From Flavobacteriales bacterium (GTDB taxonomy: Bacteria > Bacteroidota > Bacteroidia > NS11-12g > UBA955), in assembly GCA_040376005.1 (NCBI GenBank), contig JBEIRK010000001.1, forward strand, positions 12,150 to 76,149: a DNA stretch of 64,000 nucleotides, written 5' to 3'. This document shows positions 46,892 to 55,880 of this stretch, piece after piece. Made by a program: the position numbers and the translations under genes. Positions within the stretch are counted from its first letter, which is position 1. The number at the start of each line of letters is the position of its first letter. Under the pieces are notes generated by a model that ran no database searches, was not told where the DNA came from, and saw only the letters and a list, made by a program, of their open reading frames with translations.

Positions 46892-48907
46892 ATGAAAAAA
46901 GGAATTTGGATATTTGTACTCTTAGTGTTGCTTGTTGGTGGCGGTTATTTTGCTTGGAAATGGTATTTCCAAAAGGGCGAATCTATCGATGCCTTCAAAC
47001 TGGTGCCTGCTGATGCGGTGTTTGTAGTTCAGACAGACGAACCTGTTGAGGGATGGAAAGAATTTAGCAAGAGTGCCATGTGGAACCATGTAAAGCAATT
47101 CAAACCCCTGGGTGAGATTGGCAAAATGGCGGATGCACTTTCTGAAACCATAGAAGACAATGATCTTATATTCAGTGCATTTGGGAGCAGAAATGTGCTC
47201 ATTAGCTTGCATGTAACTGCCAAAGATGATTATGACTTCTTGTATGTATGTGATATGAAAGAAGGCGCAAAATTTAGCACTGTAAAGGACGGCATTATTA
47301 AACTCTTATCAGCAGCTGGATTTGAGCATAAGGCAGGCGAAATTTCTGGACAAGAAACACATGCCTTTTACGATCCAAAAGACAAGAGCAGTCTGCATCT
47401 AGCATTTGTAGCAAATCAGCTCGTGTGTTCTTACAACACATCCATCTTTGAGGCTTCTATCAAACAAAAAGATAGCGGTTATTTCAATAAAGACGAACTG
47501 TTCTCCGAAATCGCATCATCTACACCTCAAGATGGCATGTGTTGCATCTACCTGAACCATGCAGCAGTGCCAAACTACCTCGGTGTATATATGGACGACA
47601 TCAGCAGCATGAAAGGATTGTTCTCTTCCATGTTCTATACTGGATTGAGTGTTGGATTCGAAGAGGATGATTTGGCTTTCAAAGGATATACCAGTATAAA
47701 CGACAGCATGAGCAGTCAAATCCGCGCACTGCATAGATCGGGAAAAAGCAATACCCATGCACAAACTGTTTTTTCAGAAAACACTGCCTTTATGCTCAGT
47801 ATGGGTTTTCAGAGTTTTGGCAAATTCTATGAAAACCTAAAAGATGTAATGAAAGAAGATGCCGCATCTTGGGAACAGTTCAACAAAAAGAAAAAGACCA
47901 TTGAAACCCTGCTTCGTTTTAAACTCGAGGAAGACCTCCTAGGCTGGATAGACGACGAGGTTTCCATAGCTCAATACGAACAAGAACGTATTATTGGAAG
48001 CAAAATCCACACGGTTGCTGCTATTAAACATTTGAGTGAGGAAAAAGCAAAAGAGAAACTCGGCAAATTGGAGAAAAGGCTCAAATTATTGGGCAAATTT
48101 CAAACAGCCAATTATAAGGATTACGAAATCCATTACATGGAAATACGAGGCTTGTTCCGCCTTCTATTTGGCAAACTTTTTGAGAAAATAGAAAAGCCGT
48201 ATTACACCTTTATTGATGGGTATGTCGTGTTCTGTGATGACCCTACTACCCTATTGAAAACCATTGATGACCATATTGCAGGGAAAACCTTAGCCAATTT
48301 AGAGGAATATAAGGATTTTGCAGGAGAATTCAAAGAAGAAAACACGCTTTCGGCTTGGCTTAACATGAAAAAATACTTTTTAAATCTGAAAGGTATTTTG
48401 GATGCCCCGAGCTATTCGGAATCATATACAAACCGTGAGTACATTATTTGCTTTCAGCAAATGGGCTTTCAGTTTATCCAAGAGGACAACCGCTTTGACA
48501 CGCGCATGCGCATTCGCTTCAAAGAGCCCAATGAGTATGACCTAGAAATCACTGAGGGCAAGGCTATAGAGCTAGAGGAGCTAGAAGAACTCGATTCTAT
48601 GAGTGATGCAGATGCCTTCATTCTCGAGCATATCACAGGGTCCGTGAAGAAGGAAATGTATGACAACGGTACTGTGAAATTCATTGCAGAAATGGAGAAT
48701 GAAGTGCTGGACGGTCGTTATTTAGAATACTGGGAAAACGGCACATTAAAAATAAAGGGCAAGTACCGAAACGGTGAAAAATCCGGGAAGTGGTATTACT
48801 ACAAAGAGGATGGAGAATTGGAGAGAAAAGAGAAATTCAAGCGCGGTGCAGAGCCAGAAAGCGACATTTTAGAAGAACTCGAGTTGGAACCTGTTCCTAT
48901 GGAATAA
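46892..48907 (+). CDS. Hypothetical membrane-anchored protein with C-terminal MORN-like repeats, 671 aa
   Basis: N-terminal TM/signal anchor (IWIFVLLVLLVGGGYFAW). The C-terminus has GxxKxxxxYxNGxL-type repeats (MYDNGTVKFIAEMENEVLDGRYLEYWENGTLKIKGKYRNGEKSGKWYYYKEDG). Confidence 0.35.
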   Translation: MKKGIWIFVLLVLLVGGGYFAWKWYFQKGESIDAFKLVPADAVFVVQTDEPVEGWKEFSKSAMWNHVKQFKPLGEIGKMADALSETIEDNDLIFSAFGSRNVLISLHVTAKDDYDFLYVCDMKEGAKFSTVKDGIIKLLSAAGFEHKAGEISGQETHAFYDPKDKSSLHLAFVANQLVCSYNTSIFEASIKQKDSGYFNKDELFSEIASSTPQDGMCCIYLNHAAVPNYLGVYMDDISSMKGLFSSMFYTGLSVGFEEDDLAFKGYTSINDSMSSQIRALHRSGKSNTHAQTVFSENTAFMLSMGFQSFGKFYENLKDVMKEDAASWEQFNKKKKTIETLLRFKLEEDLLGWIDDEVSIAQYEQERIIGSKIHTVAAIKHLSEEKAKEKLGKLEKRLKLLGKFQTANYKDYEIHYMEIRGLFRLLFGKLFEKIEKPYYTFIDGYVVFCDDPTTLLKTIDDHIAGKTLANLEEYKDFAGEFKEENTLSAWLNMKKYFLNLKGILDAPSYSESYTNREYIICFQQMGFQFIQEDNRFDTRMRIRFKEPNEYDLEITEGKAIELEELEELDSMSDADAFILEHITGSVKKEMYDNGTVKFIAEMENEVLDGRYLEYWENGTLKIKGKYRNGEKSGKWYYYKEDGELERKEKFKRGAEPESDILEELELEPVPME

Positions 48908-48930
48908 AATTCCATTCCTGGCTCTAAGTA

Positions 48931-49506
48931 CTAGGGTTCAATTTCGTCATCTGGTGGTGGCGGTCCGTGATGTGGTGGCGGACCTCCTGGTCCTCCAGGT
49001 TTGCCTTTTTTACCGGGTTTCTTGCCGCCGGGGCCTCTCCCATCCGGGCCTTTGCCACCCGCTTTTTTGATGAGTTCATGCTGTACTTCTTTTTCTACTC
49101 GTGGAAGAATGACGATTTTTTTAACCGGAATGGCTGTTTTTAACTTCTCTGAATAGGTGCTAAAAAGATCTACCTCTGTTTTTCTCAGCGCAATAGCATC
49201 CGCCAAAAACAGATTGGCTTCATCCTCGGTGAGGTCTTCAGGTTTTTTATCTTTCCATTTCTTTTTGAACGCCTTGCGGGCTTCTTTAAGCTTCAATTGA
49301 TATTCATCATAGATAGGAAAGAACTTTTCTGTTTCGGTCTCAGTCAGTTCCAATTTTTGAATAAAAAGGTCGCGGCGCAACTTCTTCAATTCTTCTATTT
49401 TCGCCTTTTTGGCGCTATCTTCAGTATTGGTTTTGGTTTGTGCCATGGCCTGCTGATTGACAGCGACACTTAGGCAGAGGAGCAGCATGCAGATTGTATT
49501 TTTCAT
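48931..49506 (-). CDS. Periplasmic protein with LTxxE/Q (CpxP/Spy-like) motifs and a Gly/Pro-rich C-terminal tail, ~191 aa
   Basis: Signal peptide MKNTICMLLLCLSVAVNQQAMAQ, an LTETE...LTEDE helical region, and ...GGKGPDGRGPGGKKPGKKGKPGGPGGPPPHHGPPPP at the C-terminus. It sits immediately downstream of the anti-sigma gene. Confidence 0.4.
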   Translation of the reverse strand: MKNTICMLLLCLSVAVNQQAMAQTKTNTEDSAKKAKIEELKKLRRDLFIQKLELTETETEKFFPIYDEYQLKLKEARKAFKKKWKDKKPEDLTEDEANLFLADAIALRKTEVDLFSTYSEKLKTAIPVKKIVILPRVEKEVQHELIKKAGGKGPDGRGPGGKKPGKKGKPGGPGGPPPHHGPPPPDDEIEP

Positions 49507-49507
49507 A

Positions 49508-50026
49508 TCAAATCTCAAAAGGGTCAAACATACCATCATTGGTTTCGAGCACGATGAGTCCTGCATCTTCCAATTCTATGGCGATTTTGGTTTCTTTGGG
49601 TGTTAGGGAAGCGGTTTGGGGTGTTGAGGAAGTTTCTGTAGCGGTAATAGTTGCTTCGGCAATATCCTCATATATAGCAGCTACCAGGAGCTCTTCTACT
49701 TGATGATGGGGCAAGGGTGCCGCTTCTTCAACCGGTGTTGGCGCTGCAGGCTGAAGCACAGGGGCTTTGGCTACAGTGGGTGTTTGGGATTGGTTTTTTG
49801 TCAAAACAAACCAAGAACTCACTGCAATAGCAGCGATAGTGGCAGCAACTGCGACATAGTCCCACACTGGGAATGTATTTCGCACCACCTTTAGTTTAGG
49901 CATTTCTTGAGGCTGCGATTTAGATCCAGCACCTTGCATGCGCTGCATCAATTGGCTTTCGAAGTTTTCGAAATACCCTTCTGGCGCTTGAAATGGGGAA
50001 TCAATTTTTTTATTATGATCTTCCAT
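49508..50026 (-). CDS. Putative anti-sigma factor (single-pass membrane protein), 172 aa
   Basis: Cytoplasmic N-terminus, one TM helix (VAVAATIAAIAVSSWFVL) and a Pro/Ala-rich periplasmic tail. It lies directly downstream of the ECF sigma gene. Confidence 0.5.
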   Translation of the reverse strand: MEDHNKKIDSPFQAPEGYFENFESQLMQRMQGAGSKSQPQEMPKLKVVRNTFPVWDYVAVAATIAAIAVSSWFVLTKNQSQTPTVAKAPVLQPAAPTPVEEAAPLPHHQVEELLVAAIYEDIAEATITATETSSTPQTASLTPKETKIAIELEDAGLIVLETNDGMFDPFEI

Positions 50027-50067
50027 AGGGTTGCTTCATATATTGGATGATAGAAAGAGTCATTGGT

Positions 50068-50622
50068 TTAAATGGCACGTTGAATTTGTTCCTCGATTTT
50101 TTTTACTGCGTGAAAATAGCTGGCTTTCAAAGCACCAACCGAGGTACCTGTAACTTCAGACATTTGCTCATAGGTTAGGTCTGCAAAGTATTTAAGATGA
50201 AAAACCAAGCGTTGTTTTTCAGGAAGATGGAGTAAGGCTTTTTGCAGTTTTCGTTGGATTTCATCTGCGGAAATATATGCACCAGAATCGATAATTTGGC
50301 CCAATTCTAGGGATGCATTTTCCAAACTCAAATGCCCTCTTTTTTTGCGTAAGAGCATGAGGGCCTCATTGGTGGCGATGCGATAAATCCAAGTGTACAA
50401 AGCACAATCACCTCTAAAGGTAGCTAAATTTTCCCAAACGCGTATAAACGTAGTTTGTGCTGCGTCATCAGCATCATCATGCTCGATAACAATTCTGCGG
50501 ACATGGTGATACACTTTAACCTTAAATCGGCGCACAATTTCCATAAACACAGCCTGCCTATCGGAATAGGTTTGAATAGCTGCGGCTAGTTCGGAATCAT
50601 GCAACTGAGGTAAATCCAACAT
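50068..50622 (-). CDS. RNA polymerase ECF-type sigma-70 factor, 184 aa
   Basis: Region 2 ...FIRVWENLATFRGDCALYTWIYRIATNEALMLLRKKR and region 4 ...LPEKQRLVFHLKYFADLTYEQMSEVTGTSVGALKASYFHAVKKI. Confidence 0.85.
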   Translation of the reverse strand: MLDLPQLHDSELAAAIQTYSDRQAVFMEIVRRFKVKVYHHVRRIVIEHDDADDAAQTTFIRVWENLATFRGDCALYTWIYRIATNEALMLLRKKRGHLSLENASLELGQIIDSGAYISADEIQRKLQKALLHLPEKQRLVFHLKYFADLTYEQMSEVTGTSVGALKASYFHAVKKIEEQIQRAI

Positions 50623-50673
50623 GTACTTGCGAAGTTGGATTCAAAAAAACAGCTAAAGTTTAATTCGCTGTGG

Positions 50674-51744
50674 TCATTTTTTAAGACTGTCCAGTCTTGG
50701 GTGCATCAATGAGAACCACCAGCGTGGAATAAGGGCAGGCAGAATTAGGCTTGCATAGCCACCGGGAAGCCGGGGTGAGTGTGGGAAACTCTGAAGTTGA
50801 TAATAGGGCCTAGAAGCGACGTGGTGGTGATCTGCATGTCTACTTAAATCAATTAAGAGATAGCGTGAAATCCAGGTGTCGCAATTCCAAGAATGGCCAT
50901 GATTTACACGTTCTTTAGGATCACGTGTAAGTCCATAATGTTCAATATAATTGATATACTCCAACAAGAAATTAGAAAACACACAAGCGGCAAACCAGCA
51001 CAAGGCAGCCGTTAGGCTTAGCGTAAAAACAAGTACCAAAAATATGAGCAACACAGTTAGGGTATCGCGGAGCAATAGATTCGACAAAGTCCATGCACTT
51101 TTATTCAGCTTTGTCAAACGCTGCGATTCCGATTGGAAGGATTCAGAAATTTGGCCTTTTACAGTTCGCAAAACAAAGACATACAAGGATTCCCCGCGTT
51201 TTGCAGTGGCAGCATCCTCTTCTGTTGCTACAAATCGATGATGCACACGCAGGTGATGAATAAAGAAATAGAAATTGCCACAGCTTAATAGCAGCAACCT
51301 TCCGAAGAACTGCTTCACAGGAGATGCTTTATGAATAAGATCATGGGCCACAATAATAGCCCCTGAACCCGCCTCAACAGCAGTGCTCAACACAGCACCT
51401 ACCAAAGCAGCGCCGGAGAGCAGGCCCGAATTGATTCCAGAGAAGAACGTATATAACACACAGCCGTGGGCCAATACATGTATATAAAGAATGGCTTCTG
51501 GCAAAATGGCGTTCGTTGGACTGTGCTCGTTTCTTATATCCTTGCCTAGTAGCAATTCTGCGATAGCGAGCACGATCAAACTCAGCACAAAATTGAACCA
51601 AGCGTACATGCCACCCATTGTATTCCCATAGAGGGTAGCGATGGCTGGCAGCAGGCTAAAAAGATATTTTATGTCCCTTTTTAAAAGCATGCACAATAAT
51701 AAGAAAGTCGCATCAGGACTGCAACTGCGCAAAAGAGAAAACAA
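50674..51744 (-). CDS. AlkB-like integral-membrane di-iron hydroxylase / fatty-acid desaturase superfamily, up to 356 aa
   Basis: His boxes HDLIH, HHLRVHH and RHADHHH, plus NYIEHYGL, the HYG motif typical of alkane 1-monooxygenases. The true start may be an internal Met near 51690. Confidence 0.55.
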   Translation of the reverse strand: MFSLLRSCSPDATFLLLCMLLKRDIKYLFSLLPAIATLYGNTMGGMYAWFNFVLSLIVLAIAELLLGKDIRNEHSPTNAILPEAILYIHVLAHGCVLYTFFSGINSGLLSGAALVGAVLSTAVEAGSGAIIVAHDLIHKASPVKQFFGRLLLLSCGNFYFFIHHLRVHHRFVATEEDAATAKRGESLYVFVLRTVKGQISESFQSESQRLTKLNKSAWTLSNLLLRDTLTVLLIFLVLVFTLSLTAALCWFAACVFSNFLLEYINYIEHYGLTRDPKERVNHGHSWNCDTWISRYLLIDLSRHADHHHVASRPYYQLQSFPHSPRLPGGYASLILPALIPRWWFSLMHPRLDSLKK

Positions 51745-51828
51745 AAAATAGTAGCTTTTTTAGGATATTTTAAAGAAATAATTGATTCATTCGTGATTTT
51801 TTGTATTTTTGCAGCCCATTTCAAAGTC

Positions 51829-52176
51829 ATGAACCCGATTGTCAAAGCCATCACCCAAGAGTTTTTAAAAGCCGACACTCCCGAATTCAAAGCCGGAGAC
51901 AGGGTTACTGTTTTCTACAAAATTAAGGAAGGCAATAAAGAACGTATTCAGCAATTTCAGGGCGATGTTATCCAACGCCGCAATGCTGGAATTGAAGAAA
52001 CATTCACTGTTCGCAAAATTTCAAACGGTGTAGGTGTGGAGAGAATTTTCCCATTGCACAGTCCATTTATCGATAAGATTGAAGTGAATCGCAAAGGTAA
52101 AGTGCGTCGTGCACGTATCTTCTACCTACGCAAAACCATTGGTAAGAAGTCACGTATCAAAGAAAGAAGGTCTTAA
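51829..52176 (+). CDS. rplS: 50S ribosomal protein L19
   Basis: [48 protein letters not shown]... Confidence 0.9.
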   Translation: MNPIVKAITQEFLKADTPEFKAGDRVTVFYKIKEGNKERIQQFQGDVIQRRNAGIEETFTVRKISNGVGVERIFPLHSPFIDKIEVNRKGKVRRARIFYLRKTIGKKSRIKERRS

Positions 52177-52196
52177 TTCTTTCGAAACAATATTCA

Positions 52197-52221
52197 AAGC
52201 CTTCCTCGGAAGGCTTTTTTT
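52197..52221. terminator. Bidirectional rho-independent terminator (aaagccttcctcggaaggcttttttt) between convergent rplS and the GT39-like gene
   Basis: Perfect hairpin with a T-run. It abuts the stop codon of the minus-strand gene. Confidence 0.55.
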
Positions 52222-53680
52222 ATGGCTTATACTTGGCTCGAATCCAATAAAATCCGTGGAAGGAGTCTTGCACTTGAAGTTGGATAGAGTCACTAACCAT
52301 GCCATTAAGAAGGTCGGGATGATTGGTAATAAAACCTTGTGCCCCTTGTCGTATCCAACGGTTCCATTCTTCGGCATTGTCCGTTTCTTTATACCATGGA
52401 TACCCTTTTGCATGCAAATAATAAAAGTACACGCAGCCGGAAGGGTCAGGACCCACGATATAACTGGCATTGGCAGCATTTTTTAAAGCTCTGTCTCTAA
52501 ATTCCTGTTTATAAAATGCCGCTGGAATGCGTCCATCCGCACCGCGCGACCAATTGTGAGATACGCGTGCAATGGCCCAAACAGGCGCCAAAAGCACCAA
52601 TACCGCGAATATATTTTGCAACTTGTAATTGGCGTATTGAAGACCAACTGCGATACATATGGCCACAAAAGGCAAAAACACAATGGTGTAATAGCCATGA
52701 TGAACGAACTGTTGCTGGAGCATTACATAATACGCCAATGCGCCAAACATACTAAAGGCCGTCACGACAGGCTTGCGTCGCAAGATTTGGTACACACCCC
52801 AAAAAGCAGGCAACAGCAGCGTGTACCCTACCCACGTTTCAGGCACATCCGATAGAAGATTTGAGGCGAACACCTTAAAGAAAGTGGCCCATGACTGAGG
52901 TGGACGCACTTCAGATAAGAACTCCCAAAGCCCATACATGGCGGTGAGTTGCTTCGCATACCACTGCCATACAAGCCCAGGAATGCAGGCAAGCAAACTC
53001 AAAAGAACGAAAGACGTATTGCTTCTATTTAGGCGGAAACCATTTCGCTGAAATTGGCTTGCCGCTAGAGGGAATAAACACAGCAGAAACTGCAATTTCA
53101 TCGCCCCGGCAAACCCAAGAAAGAGTGTTGTTACCAAAAAATACAGAAATTTTGGTGCCGCCTGATATTTGAGGCCAAAGCGCCAACCCCAAAGCATGGC
53201 AGTCAATGCTCCCAAATCGGGCACTGCATTTATACTGTGATAATAAAATTCCGGAATTCCCATGAAGGCGGCGGTGCCAAGCACTGCAAATGCGGTATCC
53301 AAACCATAGTGTAGGAGGATATAAAACAAGGCTACCAGAGCAAGCAATGAAAGTCCTAAACTCAAGTATCTATGGGCCTGCTCTGAATATCCTACCCCTT
53401 TGTAAATGCATGCAAGCGTGTATTCATACGCAGGAAAAGCAGGTCCTGTAATTCCGGGTGTATTGTATCGTTTGTCAATTCGGGGAAGAAAGAGATTCAT
53501 ACTTTCTTCCGCATAATTGCGGGCAAGGGCAAGGCTATTGCATTGGCGCCACACATGATGGCCGCTGGCAGGTTGATTTAAAAATGGTGCATGAATCAAT
53601 ACCTGCACAAGGCATAAGATCAAGAGGATTCTTGAACGCTGTAATGAACCTATACTACGAATAAGATCCAGTTTCACCAA
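52220..53680 (-). CDS. Polytopic membrane glycosyltransferase, GT39/ArnT-PMT-like (tentative), 486 aa
   Basis: About 11-12 TM helices with an N-terminal loop carrying basic/aromatic residues. Resembles dolichyl-phosphate-mannose/undecaprenyl-phosphate sugar transferases of the GT-C fold. No catalytic motif verified. Confidence 0.4.
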   Translation of the reverse strand: MVKLDLIRSIGSLQRSRILLILCLVQVLIHAPFLNQPASGHHVWRQCNSLALARNYAEESMNLFLPRIDKRYNTPGITGPAFPAYEYTLACIYKGVGYSEQAHRYLSLGLSLLALVALFYILLHYGLDTAFAVLGTAAFMGIPEFYYHSINAVPDLGALTAMLWGWRFGLKYQAAPKFLYFLVTTLFLGFAGAMKLQFLLCLFPLAASQFQRNGFRLNRSNTSFVLLSLLACIPGLVWQWYAKQLTAMYGLWEFLSEVRPPQSWATFFKVFASNLLSDVPETWVGYTLLLPAFWGVYQILRRKPVVTAFSMFGALAYYVMLQQQFVHHGYYTIVFLPFVAICIAVGLQYANYKLQNIFAVLVLLAPVWAIARVSHNWSRGADGRIPAAFYKQEFRDRALKNAANASYIVGPDPSGCVYFYYLHAKGYPWYKETDNAEEWNRWIRQGAQGFITNHPDLLNGMVSDSIQLQVQDSFHGFYWIRAKYKP

Positions 53681-54135
53681 GTATGATCAATAATGATTTT
53701 GTGCCCCTGGGCTGTTTTACGCGTAATAAGGCTAAAATAGCCCGAAGGAGTATCAGACACCCTTATGAGCTTCCAAGTGCCTGTAATATGTCCAAAATCA
53801 TGCGCTGAATCCATAAAATAGAGAGCATCTGTATTGAAAATCAAGGTTCCCATTGCTGTTTTGCCAGGATAATTCTTTTTGTAAGAATCCAAGGTAGCGC
53901 GCCAACCCTTCCTCACCCCTTTTTTACTAATAAACTGCATACTGCTGTCATTGTGATAGCCCTCCATAAATCCATCAATATCCCCTTTATTCCAAGCAGC
54001 AACCTGCTGTTCTAGCAGTTGTTTAAGTTCTGAAACTTGGGGTTTGATTTGACATTGGGTAAAGAGCAACAAAAAAGAGAAAGCCAAGAAAAAACGCATT
54101 CTTTGTAAGGACATGAAGTTAGAAAATATCTGCAT
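53674..54135 (-). CDS. SnoaL-like / DUF4440-like small secreted or lipo-protein, up to 153 aa
   Basis: Signal peptide ending LLFTQC, then VAAWNKGDIDGFMEGYHNDSSMQFIS, a SnoaL/NTF2-like core. Confidence 0.45.
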   Translation of the reverse strand: MQIFSNFMSLQRMRFFLAFSFLLLFTQCQIKPQVSELKQLLEQQVAAWNKGDIDGFMEGYHNDSSMQFISKKGVRKGWRATLDSYKKNYPGKTAMGTLIFNTDALYFMDSAHDFGHITGTWKLIRVSDTPSGYFSLITRKTAQGHKIIIDHTW

Positions 54136-54144
54136 GGATAGGAT

Positions 54145-54798
54145 TTAATTGTTCTTATTGTTTCCAAGGTCAAAGCGAAAACCGCAGTAAATCACATTAT
54201 GATAGGCACCCGTGCTGTAGAAAATAGAATTGGAGGCGCCTATGGACCGAATAGAGTTAATGCTGTACTGAGATTCTATAAAAAAGCGTCCTAGATTTCC
54301 GGTTTTATATTCTGCAAAAGCAGCGCCCAATACGTTCACTTTTCTTAAATCTGTATCTAGATTTAGAATGACACCTTCTTTCTCAGTTGCCTGCAACAAA
54401 TATGAGGTTCTAAATCCCAGTCCAAAAGAAAATTTATGATAGTACCTCACAATATAAATTGGGATATCAATGGATTGCATAATCATGTGAAAGGCACCAT
54501 TTCCTGGATTTTCAGGATCAAAGGGCCTTCTGCTGCCGCGAACAGAAAACTCAGCCCCACTGAGGTAGGACCAACCACCGCCCGAAGCAGCGCCAAGGCC
54601 TTGGCCCACAAGATATCCTACACCCATACCAAACTTATTGTACCCCGATGCATTGTCGCCGTCTATTTGACAAAAATTAGCACCAAGTCTTAGACCGCCA
54701 TAGAATTGTCCTTTATCAAATTGCGCACTGAGTGTGGGGAAGGCTGAAAAAAAAAGTGCAAAACAGCAATAGTATTTCAAAATGCTCAGTTTTCTCAT
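54145..54798 (-). CDS. Small outer-membrane beta-barrel (OmpW/porin-like) protein, ~217 aa
   Basis: Signal peptide MRKLSILKYYCCFALFFSAFPTLSAQ, alternating aromatic/Gly-rich strands and a C-terminal ...CGFRFDLGNN. Confidence 0.5.
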   Translation of the reverse strand: MRKLSILKYYCCFALFFSAFPTLSAQFDKGQFYGGLRLGANFCQIDGDNASGYNKFGMGVGYLVGQGLGAASGGGWSYLSGAEFSVRGSRRPFDPENPGNGAFHMIMQSIDIPIYIVRYYHKFSFGLGFRTSYLLQATEKEGVILNLDTDLRKVNVLGAAFAEYKTGNLGRFFIESQYSINSIRSIGASNSIFYSTGAYHNVIYCGFRFDLGNNKNN

Positions 54799-55880
54799 CG
54801 AAATTTGCGGCAAATTACAACAAACATCTGAAAGTTGATTGTCTGATATCGGGAGGAGGAATTGCGGGAATCACCCTCGCGCTTGAGTGCATTCAGATGG
54901 GGAAAACAGTGTGTTTAATTGACAGTAATGTATTTAATGGGGCAAGTAAAACCGCAGCAGGACTAATCAATCCCATTGTACCCAAACGCGTTATTCCAGG
55001 GTGGCTTGCGGAGGATATATATCCAGCTATTTTGCCCTATTATCGCAAACTTGAAACCCTATTGGACGCAGAATTTTACCATGCTTACCCCTTGGTGCAA
55101 ATACACAAAACAGCAGAAGAACAGCGTATATGGCAAGGACAAAGCCTAAAACCTGAGCTGCAAATGTTCTTGCAAGTTGGAAAAGATGCACTGCCCATCC
55201 AGATTCAAGTGCCTTATGGCTACAGCCAAATATTGCATACAGGTCGGTTGGATACCCTGAAGTACCTAGAAGCGGGAAGGCACTACATTCAAGGCCATGG
55301 CGCTTTTTTGCAAGAGGAATTTGAATACGGTCAGTTATCCCATAGCCAAGGGCAATGGCATTATAAGGAAATAGAAAGTGAAGTCGTTGTATTTTGTGAA
55401 GGCACCGGCATACAACAGAACCCCTATTTCTCTTGGATTCCGGTGAAAGGAACTGCGGGTGATATCGTGTCTGTTCGTGTTGCTGGTCTGCCAGACAATA
55501 TGATATACAAGCAAAAACACTGGTTGGTACCTGACTGTAAAGGCAGCTTTTACGCAGGCAGTAATTTCATACATGATCCTGCGTTAAGCCAAGTTACAGA
55601 TGATGTTCAAGAAATTCTAGACCATTTAAAGACTTGGGCAGGCGAGGTGCATTTACAAGACTCAAAACGGGCACAAAGGCCAGTGATATCAGACAGAAGG
55701 CCTATACTTGGTGAACATCCCACGCATAAAGGGCTCTTTGTGTTTAATGGTTTGGGAACAAAAGGATGCAGTTTGGTAACACGCTTCGCACCTGAAATGG
55801 CGATGCACATATGGCATAAGGCCCCCGTGCACAAAGAAGTTAATTCAGACCGGTTTTTAGCTTTTTACGCGCCTCAATAA
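54732..55880 (+). CDS. FAD-dependent oxidoreductase (DAO/glycine-oxidase-like); start codon uncertain
   Basis: Rossmann dinucleotide motif VDCLISGGGIAGITLALEC...VCLIDS. There is no in-frame ATG/GTG/TTG between 54735 and the GxGxxG motif, so either the long ORF overlaps the convergent OMP gene by 67 nt or a non-canonical (CTG/ATT) start is used. Confidence 0.55.
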   Translation: MWGRLKKKVQNSNSISKCSVFSSKFAANYNKHLKVDCLISGGGIAGITLALECIQMGKTVCLIDSNVFNGASKTAAGLINPIVPKRVIPGWLAEDIYPAILPYYRKLETLLDAEFYHAYPLVQIHKTAEEQRIWQGQSLKPELQMFLQVGKDALPIQIQVPYGYSQILHTGRLDTLKYLEAGRHYIQGHGAFLQEEFEYGQLSHSQGQWHYKEIESEVVVFCEGTGIQQNPYFSWIPVKGTAGDIVSVRVAGLPDNMIYKQKHWLVPDCKGSFYAGSNFIHDPALSQVTDDVQEILDHLKTWAGEVHLQDSKRAQRPVISDRRPILGEHPTHKGLFVFNGLGTKGCSLVTRFAPEMAMHIWHKAPVHKEVNSDRFLAFYAPQ

